From Chiloscyllium plagiosum (lineage: Eukaryota), in contig NC_057719.1 in NCBI RefSeq assembly GCF_004010195.1, positions 53,258,255 through 53,304,701 of the forward strand: a DNA stretch of 46,447 bases, written 5' to 3'. Position numbers and translations under genes: made by a program. The notes beneath the pieces are model-generated. The model searched no databases. It was not told the origin of the DNA and was given only the letters and a program-made list of their open reading frames with translations. Of the stretch, positions 1-10,095 are shown piece after piece; position 1 is the first letter of the stretch; every line of letters starts with the position of its first letter.

Positions 1-460
1 GTTATACCATTTCTAATTAGCAACGCCACCCCTCCCTCCTTTTTTACCACCCTCTCTAATCTTACTGAAACATCTGTAACCAGGAACCTCCAACAACCAT
101 TCCTGTCCCTCTTCTATCCACGTTTCCGTGATGGCTACAACATCGTAGTCCCAGGTACCGATCCATGCCTTAAGTTCACCAACCTTATTTCTGATACTCC
201 TTGCATTGAAGTATACACACTTGAGCCCATCTCTGTGTCCGCAGTACTCCCTGTCAGTGCTACCCTCTCCACAGCCTCCCTACATTCTTGGACATCCTGA
301 CAAACAGCTAGCCTACTTGCTGGACTACAAGTCCGGATCCCAGCCCCCTGCCAAATTAGTTTAAACCCCCCCCAGAGATGGCGACTCTGTCCGTCCTAGC
401 TTTTAGCTTCCAGCCTAACTCCCTGAGCTCCTGAATGACCTCCCCACCCCTCTTCCTACA
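1..460 (-). mobile_element. CR1/HER1-type LINE, ORF1 end and ORF2 APE-endonuclease N-terminus (runs off window)
   Basis: Minus strand of 1-228 translates as GLKCVYFNARSIRNKVGELKAWIGTWDYDVVAITETW...GYRCFSKIREGGKKGGGVALLI, with the CR1 APE motifs YxNARS, ITETW and GGGVAL. Confidence 0.92.
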
Positions 461-1431
461 TTGTTGTTGGATTTTATGTAAAGACATTATATAATTGTAT
501 TCCTATTTCACATGGAATCATAAATAAATACTCTATATAATCGGTTTTGTAAATATCTGAGTTTGCTCTTAGTTATGGGTAAAGGGTGGATAATGATAAT
601 TTTACTTCAGTATGTAATAATCTGAGCTATGGCTAATGTGTCTGGAGCCTGAAAATAAATCAGACTTGGCCTCCTGCTGGTAAACTAGTTTCAAATCTTC
701 AACTAATGAATTATTTCTATTTCAGATGTCAGAAAAGAATAGGGGTTGTCGATTCAGAAAAAATAAATCTCAAAAATCTTATCATCATCTAATTTTCTGC
801 AGACTAAATCAAAATCATTCTTCAATCTAATTTAAATTCTTGTATTTTCATCTTCCACCAGAATTTTCTATTGACTATGGTTCAAATTTTGTCTTTGTAG
901 AATAAATGATGTAAATGATTAGTTTGTCTGACTAAACCCTGTTGAAGCAGAAACTCTTCATGCTCTGCTTATTATACATGTGTATCTGACAGGATAGTCA
1001 ACCGGGTTGTAAGGCTTTTGACTGATTCAGTGGACAGAAAAGATACATTTTGAAAATACATGGTTTTGTACCTGCTGAATAACACAAAAAATAATTGGGA
1101 CTTTGCTATTAATTTTGATTTAAGGTGCAGTTAATGGAACTGCCCATATTTCCTCATATATGTTTTTAAAATGCTTAAAATTTATTAATCAGAGAAGGAG
1201 ACTAGCTAGAATGTCAATTTAGATTTTAAAATATACCATTAGCTTTTCTTTTGTTTTGATTGGCTGGGAAGGTGGGGTTAAGGGGGTGCAATGGTGGGGG
1301 GTGGAATTGGTGCCAAAGGCATAGAAGTTGAGGTAGTTGTGGAGAGTGAAGCATGTGGTGGGGGAGCAGAGAGAGGTTAATTGTGGTGCTTCAGTAATTA
1401 CAGCATGTAACAGGCCTGATGGAAGACTTCA

Positions 1432-1671
1432 TTGGTGACTGTCTGTATGGAATTTGCACATTGTCTGCATGGATTTTCTCTGGGTGTTATAGTTTTCTCC
1501 CACAATCCAAAGCTGTGCAAGTTAGATGAATTGGCCATGCTAAATTGCCCATAGTGCTAGATGCATTAGTCAAAGGGAAATGGGTCTGGGTGTGTTACTC
1601 TTCGGAGGGTCAGTGTGGACTGGTTGGGCTGAAGGGCCCATTTCCACACTGTAGGGAATCTAATCTAATCT
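1432..1671 (+). mobile_element. HE1 SINE, 5'-truncated and degraded
   Basis: Core gaattggccatgctaaattgcccatagtg; 3' end ggactggttgggctgaagggcc...ccacactgtagggaatctaatctaatct, homologous to the copy at 41454-41765. Confidence 0.85.
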
Positions 1672-2439
1672 TTTTCAGTTGTACATCAGTTTTGTATGCT
1701 AATGTGAAGCCATTGTGATATACCTTTTTGAGATCGATGTGGTGATATTTTCTGTGTAAATCACTGGAGGGAAATTATGAAATCTATTCTATGATTCTGA
1801 ATTATGCCTGAATTTCCTTTCCCAAGTTGAGAACAGAGCGTAAGAATTATTCCTGGTGCAGGAAACCTGACTGAGGAGAAAGTACTCCTGACAGTCTCAC
1901 TTTTATTCTGTGGTACCAGGTGTCAAAGAGAGTTAGGCCAACTGCTCCTGGAAAGAGCTATGAGGCAGCAACAGAGTGCCTGGTGTAATTAGGCTGAAGA
2001 AAATGTCAGTTTCAGTGATCTGGGTCTTTGTTGCAGCTGCTAAATTAAACGAAATAAAAAAGGACATTCCTCCTGTCCTCAACCCTCACATACCCTCATC
2101 CCAAGTTATACACTTACTATGTCAAATCAAACCTGTCATCTATCTGCCCAGACCTCTTCATAGACTCCATGACAACCAATGTCCCTCAACCTATTCCAAT
2201 GGGCCTTTATAGCCCCTGTGCCAACTTAGTGCGAATTCAATAAAATCTATGCCCTCCACCTATCACCCTCACACCCTCAATGCCAACTCATCCAGTATCC
2301 ATCATAGGCAGACCTCAGGACCCTTGGTGAAATTAAATAAAGTTGTTGTTTGACAGCACAGAACTTGAGTAAATATAAAATGATTTAGCTGAATGTTATG
2401 GGTTTTTTTGGGGGGTAAGAGTGAGTTGCATCACGTTTA

Positions 2440-2655
2440 AGACCACAGAAGCTGAAATAGGACATTCATCATTTCAAGTCTGCTTACCAATCCATGAGAC
2501 TGATCTGATTAATCCTCAAGTCCACTTTTCTGCCAAATCCCTTTAACTTAAATTCCCTAAATGAAGACACAGCTGAAAAATAGCAACCTTGAATATACTA
2601 ATTGAGATAGCCTCGATAGCCCGCTGTCGGAGAGAATTCCACAGATTCACCAACC
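2440..2655 (-). mobile_element. Old CR1 LINE 3' end (probably continues at ~3325-3830)
   Basis: agagaattccacagattcaccaacc and an upstream 3'UTR-like stretch, similar to the CR1 3' ends at 34105-34318 and 44740-44995. Confidence 0.6.
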
Positions 2656-2661
2656 ACAAGG

Positions 2662-2994
2662 GATGAATGCAGATTTCTCCAGCTTCCTCATTTCCCCTCC
2701 CCTCACCTTATCTCAGTCCCAACCCTCGGACTCAGCACCACCTTCTTGACCTGCAATCTTCTTCCCGACCTCTCCACCCCCACCCCCTCTCCGGCCTATC
2801 ACCCTCACCTTAACCTCCTTCCACCTATTGCATTCCCAACGCCCCTCCCCCAAGTCCCTCCTCCCTACCTTTTATCTTAGCCTGCTTGGCACACCCTCCT
2901 CATTCCTGAAGAAGGGCTTATGCCCGAAACGTCGATTCTCCTGCTCCTTTGATGCTGCCTGACCTGCTGCGATTTTCCAGCAACACATTTTTCA
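2662..2994 (+). mobile_element. Penelope-like element 3' terminal fragment (family A)
   Basis: C/T-rich tract then cattcctgaagaagggcttatgcccgaaacgtcgattctcctgctcc...ccagcaacaca, the same tail that follows the GIY-YIG ORF at 14370-14581. Confidence 0.85.
2902..2937 (+). ncRNA. Minimal type I hammerhead ribozyme motif of PLE family A
   Basis: CUGAAGA(A)-GGGC-uuau-GCCC-GAA-ACGU-C: intact core, 4-bp stem II, palindromic ACGU for stem III, GUC cleavage triplet. Stem I is weak. Confidence 0.7.
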
Positions 2995-2996
2995 GA

Positions 2997-3322
2997 AGCA
3001 GTGAGTAGGCAATCGCCTAGAACTATTAGTGTTGAACTAATAATTGAAAAACCTAAATAATGTTCTGGAGACCAGGTTGCCACAACAGAAGATGGAATTT
3101 GAATTCAATAAAAATCTAGAATTAAGAATCTAATGATGACCACAAAACAATATCTATCTGGTTCACTAATGCCATTTAGGGAGGAAAACTGCCATCCTTA
3201 CCTGGTCTGGCATACATGACTCCAAACCCACAGTCATATGGTTGTGCCCTTTTGGCTATTAGAGAAGGACAATTAATGTTGGCCAAGGCAGTGATGCTCT
3301 CATCTAATGAATGAACAAAAAG
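2997..3322 (+). mobile_element. SINE (probably tRNA-derived) sharing its 3' tail with the CR1/L2-group LINE at 3965 and 5135
   Basis: atggaatttgaattcaataaaaatct...ctgccatccttacctggtctggc...aatgaatgaacaaaaa; homologous copies at 6375-6930 and 5480-5610(-). Confidence 0.7.
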
Positions 3323-3324
3323 AA

Positions 3325-3830
3325 ACCTCTTTTTCTGACTTAATTGGGAACCTCCTCACTCAATGTTATGCCATATGGACGGAGATTCTCCCACAAAGGT
3401 AAACAACCTTCCTATAGTTACATTTGATCTTGTATTTCATTTTTCCACACTTTGATGAATACAAGCCCAACTTGCTCAACCTCTACTCAAAAGGTAATAC
3501 CTCCATACCTGGGATTAACCCTATACAGTACTGACTCCAATGCTGGCCAGTAACCTTTCTTTTTAAAAGGAGCCCAAAATTGTTCACAGATTTTTAGGTG
3601 TAGTCTAACTATTTCTTATATAGTTTTAGAAAGGGCCTTCATATTTTTTACACTCCATTCCTTTTGAAATAAATGCCATTGTCCTAGTTGCCTTCCCTAT
3701 TACCTGTTGAGCTTGAATGCTAGCCTTTTAAAATTCATGCCCCCAAACCTCCTGTGCTGCAGCTCTCTGTAGCCATCCCTTATTTAAATAATGTCCAGCT
3801 CCTGTGTTCTTCCTGCCACAGTTGGATTTC
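3325..3830 (-). mobile_element. Degraded CR1 ORF2 C-terminal region
   Basis: gaatacaagcccaacttgctcaacctct, ggagcccaaaattgttcacag and ccttttgaaataaatgcc resemble the CR1 ORF2 end on the minus strand. Confidence 0.6.
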
Positions 3831-3964
3831 CTCACGTGCACATGAGTTCTTGGAGATCTTTTAGCCTTTGCTATCCTTCATTGCCACTGGCGAGCCTTTG
3901 TGCCATATGTCTTGTCGAAATCATGAAATACATAACATCGTATCGGTGCATATAGAAATCTGCT

Positions 3965-4455
3965 TCTTTATATTTCTTCACAAATGGGACTTGGGCATCA
4001 TTAGCTCGACCAGCATTTATTACCTCTTCCTGGTTGCCCTTGAGGAGATGGTGGTGGTGAACTATCTTCATGACCTACAGTTTAGTTAGTGTAGGTGCAT
4101 TTCAGTGTCATAATGGAGGCAGTTGCATTTGATTTTGACATAGTGACACTGGAGGGATGGCACTATATTTCCAAGTCAGGAAAGTGAGTGGGTTGAAGTG
4201 GACCTTGCAGGTGCTCATGTTCCCATATAAATGCATGTTTGACCTTCCATGTAGCAGTGGTCATGGGTTTAAAAGATGCTCTCTTTAAGTGGCTCGGCAA
4301 ATTTCTGCAGTGCATCTTGTAGATAGTACATACTGCTGATACTGAGCCTCAGTACTGGAGGAATTGAGTGCATGTGGATCTGGTGCTAATCAAACAAGCT
4401 GCTTTGTCCTGGATAGTGCCAAGCTCCTGTAGTGTTGTTGGAGCTGCACATATCC
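3965..4455 (-). mobile_element. Non-LTR retrotransposon (CR1/L2 group, second family) 3' region
   Basis: ccagcatttatt...gcccttgaggagatggtggtg...tatttccaagtcagg; homologous to 5135-5460 and 39120-40040(+). Confidence 0.65.
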
Positions 4456-5095
4456 AGTCATAGAGTCATAGAGCTGCACAAATCCAGTCATAGAGATGTA
4501 CAGCATGGAATCAGACCCTTCGGTCTAACCCGTCCATGCCGACCAGATATCCCAACCCAATCTAGTCCCACCTGCCAGCACCTGGCCCATAACCCTCCAA
4601 ACTCTTCCTATTCATATACCCATCCAAATGCCTTTTAAATGTTGCAATTGTACCAGCCTCCACCATTTCCTCTGGCAGCTCATTCCATACAAGCCTGTTC
4701 AGCCTCTCCCTGTAGCTCAAATCCTCCAAGTCTGGCAACATCCTTGTAAATCTTTTCTGAACTCTTTCAAGTTTCACAACATCTTTCTGATAGGAAGGAG
4801 ACCAGAATTACATGCAATATTCCAACAGTGGCCTAATTAATGTCCTGTACAGCTGCAACATGACCTCCCAACTCCTGTACTCAATACTCTGACCAATAAA
4901 GGCAAGCATACCAAATGCCTTCTTCACTATCCTATCAACTGCGACTCCACTTTCAAGGAATCTGCACTCCAAGGTCTTTTTTTTCAGCAACACTATCTAG
5001 GAACTTATACACTTAATGTTAAGTCCTGTTAAGATTTGCTTTCCCAAAATGCAGCACCTTGCATTTATCTGAATTAAACTCCATCTGCCACTGCT
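4456..5095 (-). mobile_element. CR1/HER1 LINE 3' fragment with internal deletions
   Basis: ORF track: KKAFGMLAFIGQSIEYRSWEVMLQLYRTLIRPLLEYC and KLERVQKRFTRMLP...WNELPEEMVEAGTIATFKRHLD; short tandem gtcatagag tail. Confidence 0.93.
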
Positions 5096-5134
5096 CGAGT
5101 ATTTCATTAGATGGCTGACTTGTGCCTTACAGAT

Positions 5135-5850
5135 TTTTTTTATTCACTCATGGAATATGGGCATCTCTGGCTGGCCAGATTATATTGCTTATTCCTGTTT
5201 GCCCTTGCAAAGGTGCAGCTGCAGTCCACATGCTGTAAGTTGGCCCGCAAGTCTATTAGGGAGGGAGTTCCAGGATTTTGACTGAGAAACACTGAGGGAA
5301 TGACAATATATTTCCAAGTCAGGATGGTGAATGGCTTGGAGGGGCACTTGCAGTTGGTGGTGCTCACATGTATCTACTGCCCTTGTCTTTCTAGATGGAA
5401 GTGGTCATGAGTTTGGAAGATGCTATCTAAGAATCTTTGATGAATTGCTGTAGTCCATCTTGTAGAGTTGTCCATTCCTGGTTGCTTAGAGGGCAGTTAA
5501 GAGTCAACCACATTGCTGTGGGTCCGGAGTCATATGTAGGCCAGACCAGGTCAGGATGGCAGTTTTTCTTCTCTAAAAGGACATTAGTGAATCATTTTGT
5601 TTCCAACAATAATCTCAGGAGATGAGTTACTCACTGCAGTATTCTTAGCCTCTGACCTGCTCTGCATTTACGTGGCAAGTCCAGTTGAGTTTCTGGTCAA
5701 TGGTAGCCCCCAGGATGCTGATGGTTGAGGATTTAGTGATATGTCAAGGGGTGGTGGTTAAATTGTCTCCTGTTGGATGTAGTCATTTCCTGGCATTTTT
5801 ATGGTGAAATTGCTATTTACCACTTATCAGACCAAGCCTGGATATTGTCC
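5135..5850 (-). mobile_element. CR1/L2-group LINE (second family) fragments with an embedded SINE piece at ~5480-5610
   Basis: tttttattcactcatggaatatgggcatctctggctggccag...; ORF 5140..5367 (CKCPSKPFTILTWKYIVIP); homologous to 3965-4455. Confidence 0.65.
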
Positions 5851-5899
5851 CGATGGAACCTCATATTCAAAAGCTCCTGACCAGCTTGATCAGTAGTGC

Positions 5900-6365
5900 T
5901 GCTCCAAGCTATTCTTGGCAGTGGGCATTATTTTCTCTGCACATCTTGTTCTCTTACCAAAATGTATAATCGAACATTGTTCCACATTGTATTCCATCTG
6001 CCATGTTCGTGTCAATTCACCAAGCCTGGCCAAATGCTCCTGGGTCGAGAGTGTGGTGCTGGAAAAGCACAACAGGTCAGGCAATATCCGAGGAACAGGA
6101 AAATCGACATTTTGGGCAAAAAGTCCTTCATCAGGAAGGGCAGATGTTCCTGATGTTGTTTTACATCATCCTCACAACACACATTCCCTACTAACTTTAC
6201 CATTTAGCTTTCCAAATTCACAAATTTAGAAATATTATATTTGGGTCCCCACTTCAAATCATTCATGTGTATTATGAACAGCTGGGGCCTGAATACTGAA
6301 CATTGTGGTATCTCCATAGTCACAGCCTAAAGCAAGAATGACCAATTTATTCTAATTCTGTTTTC
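5900..6365 (-). mobile_element. Degraded CR1 RT fragment (continues ~6935-7350)
   Basis: ORF 5890..6084 LARLGELTRTWQMEYNVEQCSIIHFGK matches the CR1 motif WQMxFNxxKCxVxHFG. Confidence 0.75.
6043..6140 (-). mobile_element. Short PLE family A terminal fragment
   Basis: gagagtgtggtgctggaaaagcacaacaggtcaggc...ccttcatcaggaa, flanked by degenerate duplication caaatgctcctg (6031-6042) / cagatgttcctg (6141-6152). Confidence 0.75.
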
Positions 6366-6374
6366 TGTTGGTTA

Positions 6375-6930
6375 GGAGCAGGTAATGATCCTGTGGTATT
6401 ATCATTGGATTGTTAATATAGGGACACAGGGAATATTCTGAGGACCCAGGTCCAAATCCCACCACAGCAGATGATGGAATTTGAATTCGGTTTTTAAAAA
6501 TCTGGAATTACAAGTCTAATGACGACCAAAGTTCAGTTTTGGGCCCCAGCTGTTCAAAATATACATGAATGATTTGAAGTGAGGACCCAAATTAATATTT
6601 CTATATTTGTGAATTTGGAAAGCAAATGGGGAATGTGTGTTGTGAGGATGATGTAAAACAGCATCAGGAGCATTTGTCAGGCTTAGTGAATTGACACAAA
6701 TTAAAAGTCTAGTGATGATCATGAATCCATTGTCAAGAGTTGGAAAAACCCATCTGATTCACTCATGTCCTTTAGAGAAGAAAACTGCCATCCTGACCTG
6801 TTCTGGCCTACATGTGACTCCAGACCCACAGCAATGTGGTTGATTCTTAACTGCCCTCTGGACAACCAGGGATGGACAATAAACGCTAGTGTAGCCAGCA
6901 GCATCCTCATCTTGTGAATGACTTTTTAAA
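6375..6930 (+). mobile_element. SINE of the 2997-3322 family, interrupted by an inverted copy of nearby DNA (6531-6697)
   Basis: Homology to 2997-3322 on both sides of the insertion; B-box-like ggtccaaatcc. Confidence 0.75.
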
Positions 6931-7024
6931 AAATCATTAATCCATGTCAGTCCATTCGCTTTTATCCTCTGTGCTTTAATTTTTCTGACTAGCCTCCTTT
7001 TGGGGATTTTATACATCAGGTATC

Positions 7025-7120
7025 AGGGAAATGGGTCTTGGTGGGTTACTCTTCGCAGGGTCGGTGTGGACTGGTTGGGCCGAAGAGCCTGCTTCCACAC
7101 TGTAGGGAATCTAATCTAAA
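7025..7120 (+). mobile_element. HE1 SINE 3' fragment
   Basis: gggtcggtgtggactggttgggccgaagagcctgcttccacactgtagggaatctaatcta. Confidence 0.85.
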
Positions 7121-7858
7121 TCTCTCAGTTCTCCTTTAACAATTTTATTCGTAACATCTTCAACAAGTTCATTAAATAATATTTCCCATTTGTAACTCCA
7201 TGCTGACTATACCCAATCAGATAATATCAACAGGTACTCATTTATCCCATCCTTTATAACAGATTCAAGCATGATCCCTACTGTTGATGTCTAACAAGTC
7301 TGTAGATCCCTGTTTCTTCTCTAGCTTCCTTCTTTACTAATGGGCTGACAGTTGCTAATGTCTTATGATGATTTGAGGAAAGACTCCAGCCCCTCACAGA
7401 AGAAGCCAGGGATTGCCCTGTGGGGATATTGATTCATCCACATTTCTCTGCATTGACCTGATGAACTGACCATGTCCCACCCCCATGAAAGACCTCACCA
7501 GATAGCTCCAAATGAGTAATGTCCACACTACTAACTGGTCCCTGTACATATCCTCGAGTGCGTTAACCCTACCCCCTGGGCTGATTGCCATAGAGCTAGA
7601 AGACTGATTATGATTCACCCCTGCACTGCAGAGGCACACACCCTGACCAAGAACACATTAACCTGACTCTCTGACTATGGCCAATCTGCTCTGCTGGTAT
7701 TGGAGGCTGCCTTTGACTTATTTGCCCCGACTGACAAATGCTCGATGGAGTTTGGTGAAGAGTACTTCTCTGAGACGTTGAAACTTTAAGGCTGTTTTCT
7801 TACTGCATATGTGTCCCTTAAGCTGCTAGAACATGATGCATCCCACCTACATGGAATA

Positions 7859-7960
7859 GTGTAGGTGGGATGGGCTTCAGATTAGTATGACAGGGTGGCG
7901 CAAAATCAAGGGCCGAAGGGCCTGTACTGCGCTGTAATGTTCTATGTTCTATGTTCTATA
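7859..7960 (+). mobile_element. Severely 5'-truncated CR1 3' end with (gttctat)n tail and 8-bp TSD
   Basis: gggccgaagggcctgtactgcgctgtaatgttctatgttctatgttctat; atggaata at 7851-7858 and 7963-7970; similar 3'UTR at 45761-45835(-). Confidence 0.8.
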
Positions 7961-8539
7961 ATATGGAATAATGCCACACAGCAAAATGTATACCAATTGA
8001 TTGAGGGTTGAGGACTGTTGAGCAGCAAAGCAATCTGCCTGGTTGTATGTCTATGTTAATTAGTGAGCAAAGACAATGCTATGAGCATCAAGATAAGTGC
8101 TAAGTGAGCCAGCGCTGAAAGAGCAAGCATGCAGCTCTGAAATATCACCTAATTCAATCCACATCTTGGGTGTCTGTCCCTGTATGGAAAATGTCCTTGC
8201 AGCAACCTTTCAATGCTCATTGCCAGCGTGTCATGCAGTACAGGTCTGTCCTTCCTAAGCAAGCTGCAAGTGGGTTTGTAAATACTGGATCCCACTGTCC
8301 CTGCATGAAGGATGCATGCAGCTCATATCTATAGATCATTCCCTGAGATATTATTGCAGGGTGAGCAACTTGGAGGATCTTAAAAACTGCAGCACGTTGT
8401 TCCCAACATCAAGATAAACCTTACTAGAGTTCTCAAGTGATTCTGTCACATTTCTCACCACAGCCCACATCATTCAGGCCTCCACAAGATTTCTCCTAAA
8501 GAATAGACTAACCTTCTTTACCAAAGTTTTGGCAATAAT

Positions 8540-8879
8540 TTAGATTAGATTAGATTAGATTAGATTAGATTAGATTAGATTAGATTAGATTAGATTTCTT
8601 ACAGTGTGGAAACAGGCCCTTCGGCCCAACAAGTCCACACCGACCCTTCAAAGAGCAACCCACCCAGACCCATTCCCCTACGTTTACCCCTTCACCTAAC
8701 ACTACGGGCAATTTAGCATGGCCCATTCACCTAACCTGCACATTTTTGGACTGTGGGAGGAAACCGGAGCACCTGGAGGAAACCCACGCAGACACAGGGA
8801 GAATGTGCAAACTCCACACAGACAGTTGCCTGAGGCGGGAATTGAACCCAGTGCTAACCACTGTGCCACCGTGCCGCCC
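8540..8879 (-). mobile_element. HE1 SINE, near full length, with long (TAATC)n tail
   Basis: 5' end gggcggcacggtggcacagtggttagcactg joins directly to B box ggttcaattcc (~25-bp deletion versus 41454 copy); (ttaga)n at 8540-8596. Confidence 0.93.
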
Positions 8880-9876
8880 ACTTAGTTCAACAAAGATAGT
8901 TAACCTTGATAATTGTTTAGTGGTATAGATAACAAAATGTTTTGCTTAAATATATAATTAACTGAAATAGATGCAGCCACCATATCTATTCAAAAAGATT
9001 AAAATCATTCTGCATTTTTTTACCTGAGTCTTACTTTTTAATTTACTCTTAGCTGCACTGTCTTTAGCTCTCTTGTTGAGCATATGAATGTAATTGAACA
9101 CTAACCTGTATCGTGTACTTGCTTTTATTTTAAAAGTTACCTCAAAAAGCTAATTTGTTTTGATGTATTATGCAAAAAGTCCAACTCCTGTTATTTTTAA
9201 TAACTTCCCCGTGATATTCATTCTCAATCATGTCATTGGACTGAAAGCAAAAAATACTGGCATGTTTTTTTGTAAACGGTCAATATTGCTGTCGATCATT
9301 TAAAAAAAAATGAGAAATTGGCTTCAAGTTATATTGGGTACCTTTAGCCCTTTCCAGTTTGAAACCTTTTAAGTCTCTCAAATTGATGCCAGTCTTTAAA
9401 TTTAAAATAGGGATTAAATTGGAAACATTAATAAGACCATAACATCTTAAGATCGTGTTGGCATCACAAACATTACATCTTAGGTGAATGTATTCCACTT
9501 TTTGCAAAGCTGAAGCTTCTAACATGTTACAAATCTTACTTTTCCCTAACAATTAATCAGCTCAGTGCAAGAAACAGAGATGGTAGGCCCAGGATATTCA
9601 ACAATAACTTGCAGTGATTTGATCAATTCAGCTTGTCCTTTCAAAATGTAGATTTTTCTGATTGCTTACACTTGAATCTTTGGCCAAGACTTTCTGATAG
9701 TCATTGTACCTCAATGCTAACTCCCGAGGTACTCACTGCACCACATGCTTTGGCCTCAATTGTCATATAATACTAAGGCTGATCAAACATTCACTCTTTT
9801 GGTGTGGCTACCCATAATACATTGACATTATTCATGACTAAACAAGAGAACCTTCCTGAAGATGTAACATTGACCC

Positions 9877-10095
9877 TTACCTGGAGGATCAGAGCAGGTC
9901 ATTGATTCACTTCCTGAAGTGAACGCAGACTTGTTTCATGACCCCCATGACTGCACTGCTGCTCTGCCATGCCCATCCAGCTTGCCTTTATCTGGTCCGA
10001 GGGCCAATGGTTTCTATCTTCAGGCAAACAGCATATCTGCCTTTCCCTAACTGTGGAGAGGAGAATTTGCAGGTGGGTATCACTCAGCATGGAAC
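9877..10095 (-). pseudogene. Degenerate Myb/SANT-like DNA-binding exon of a PIF/Harbinger transposon
   Basis: LSDTHLQILLSTVRERQICCLPEDRNHWPSDQIKASWMGMAEQ resembles Harbinger Myb/SANT proteins (FSDxxLExLLxxVxxRxxxLFP...AWxxVA), followed by a cag|gtaag donor (cttacctg on +). Confidence 0.6.

Noticed and set aside
1790..2345. Possible old non-autonomous DNA-transposon-like repeat (also 7360-8480, 38230-38680)
   Set aside because: Looks repetitive, but termini, TSD and family could not be supported by eye.
4440..4496. Short tandem gagctgcaca(t/a)atccagtcatagag duplication
   Set aside because: Ordinary junction slippage at a CR1 3' microsatellite tail.
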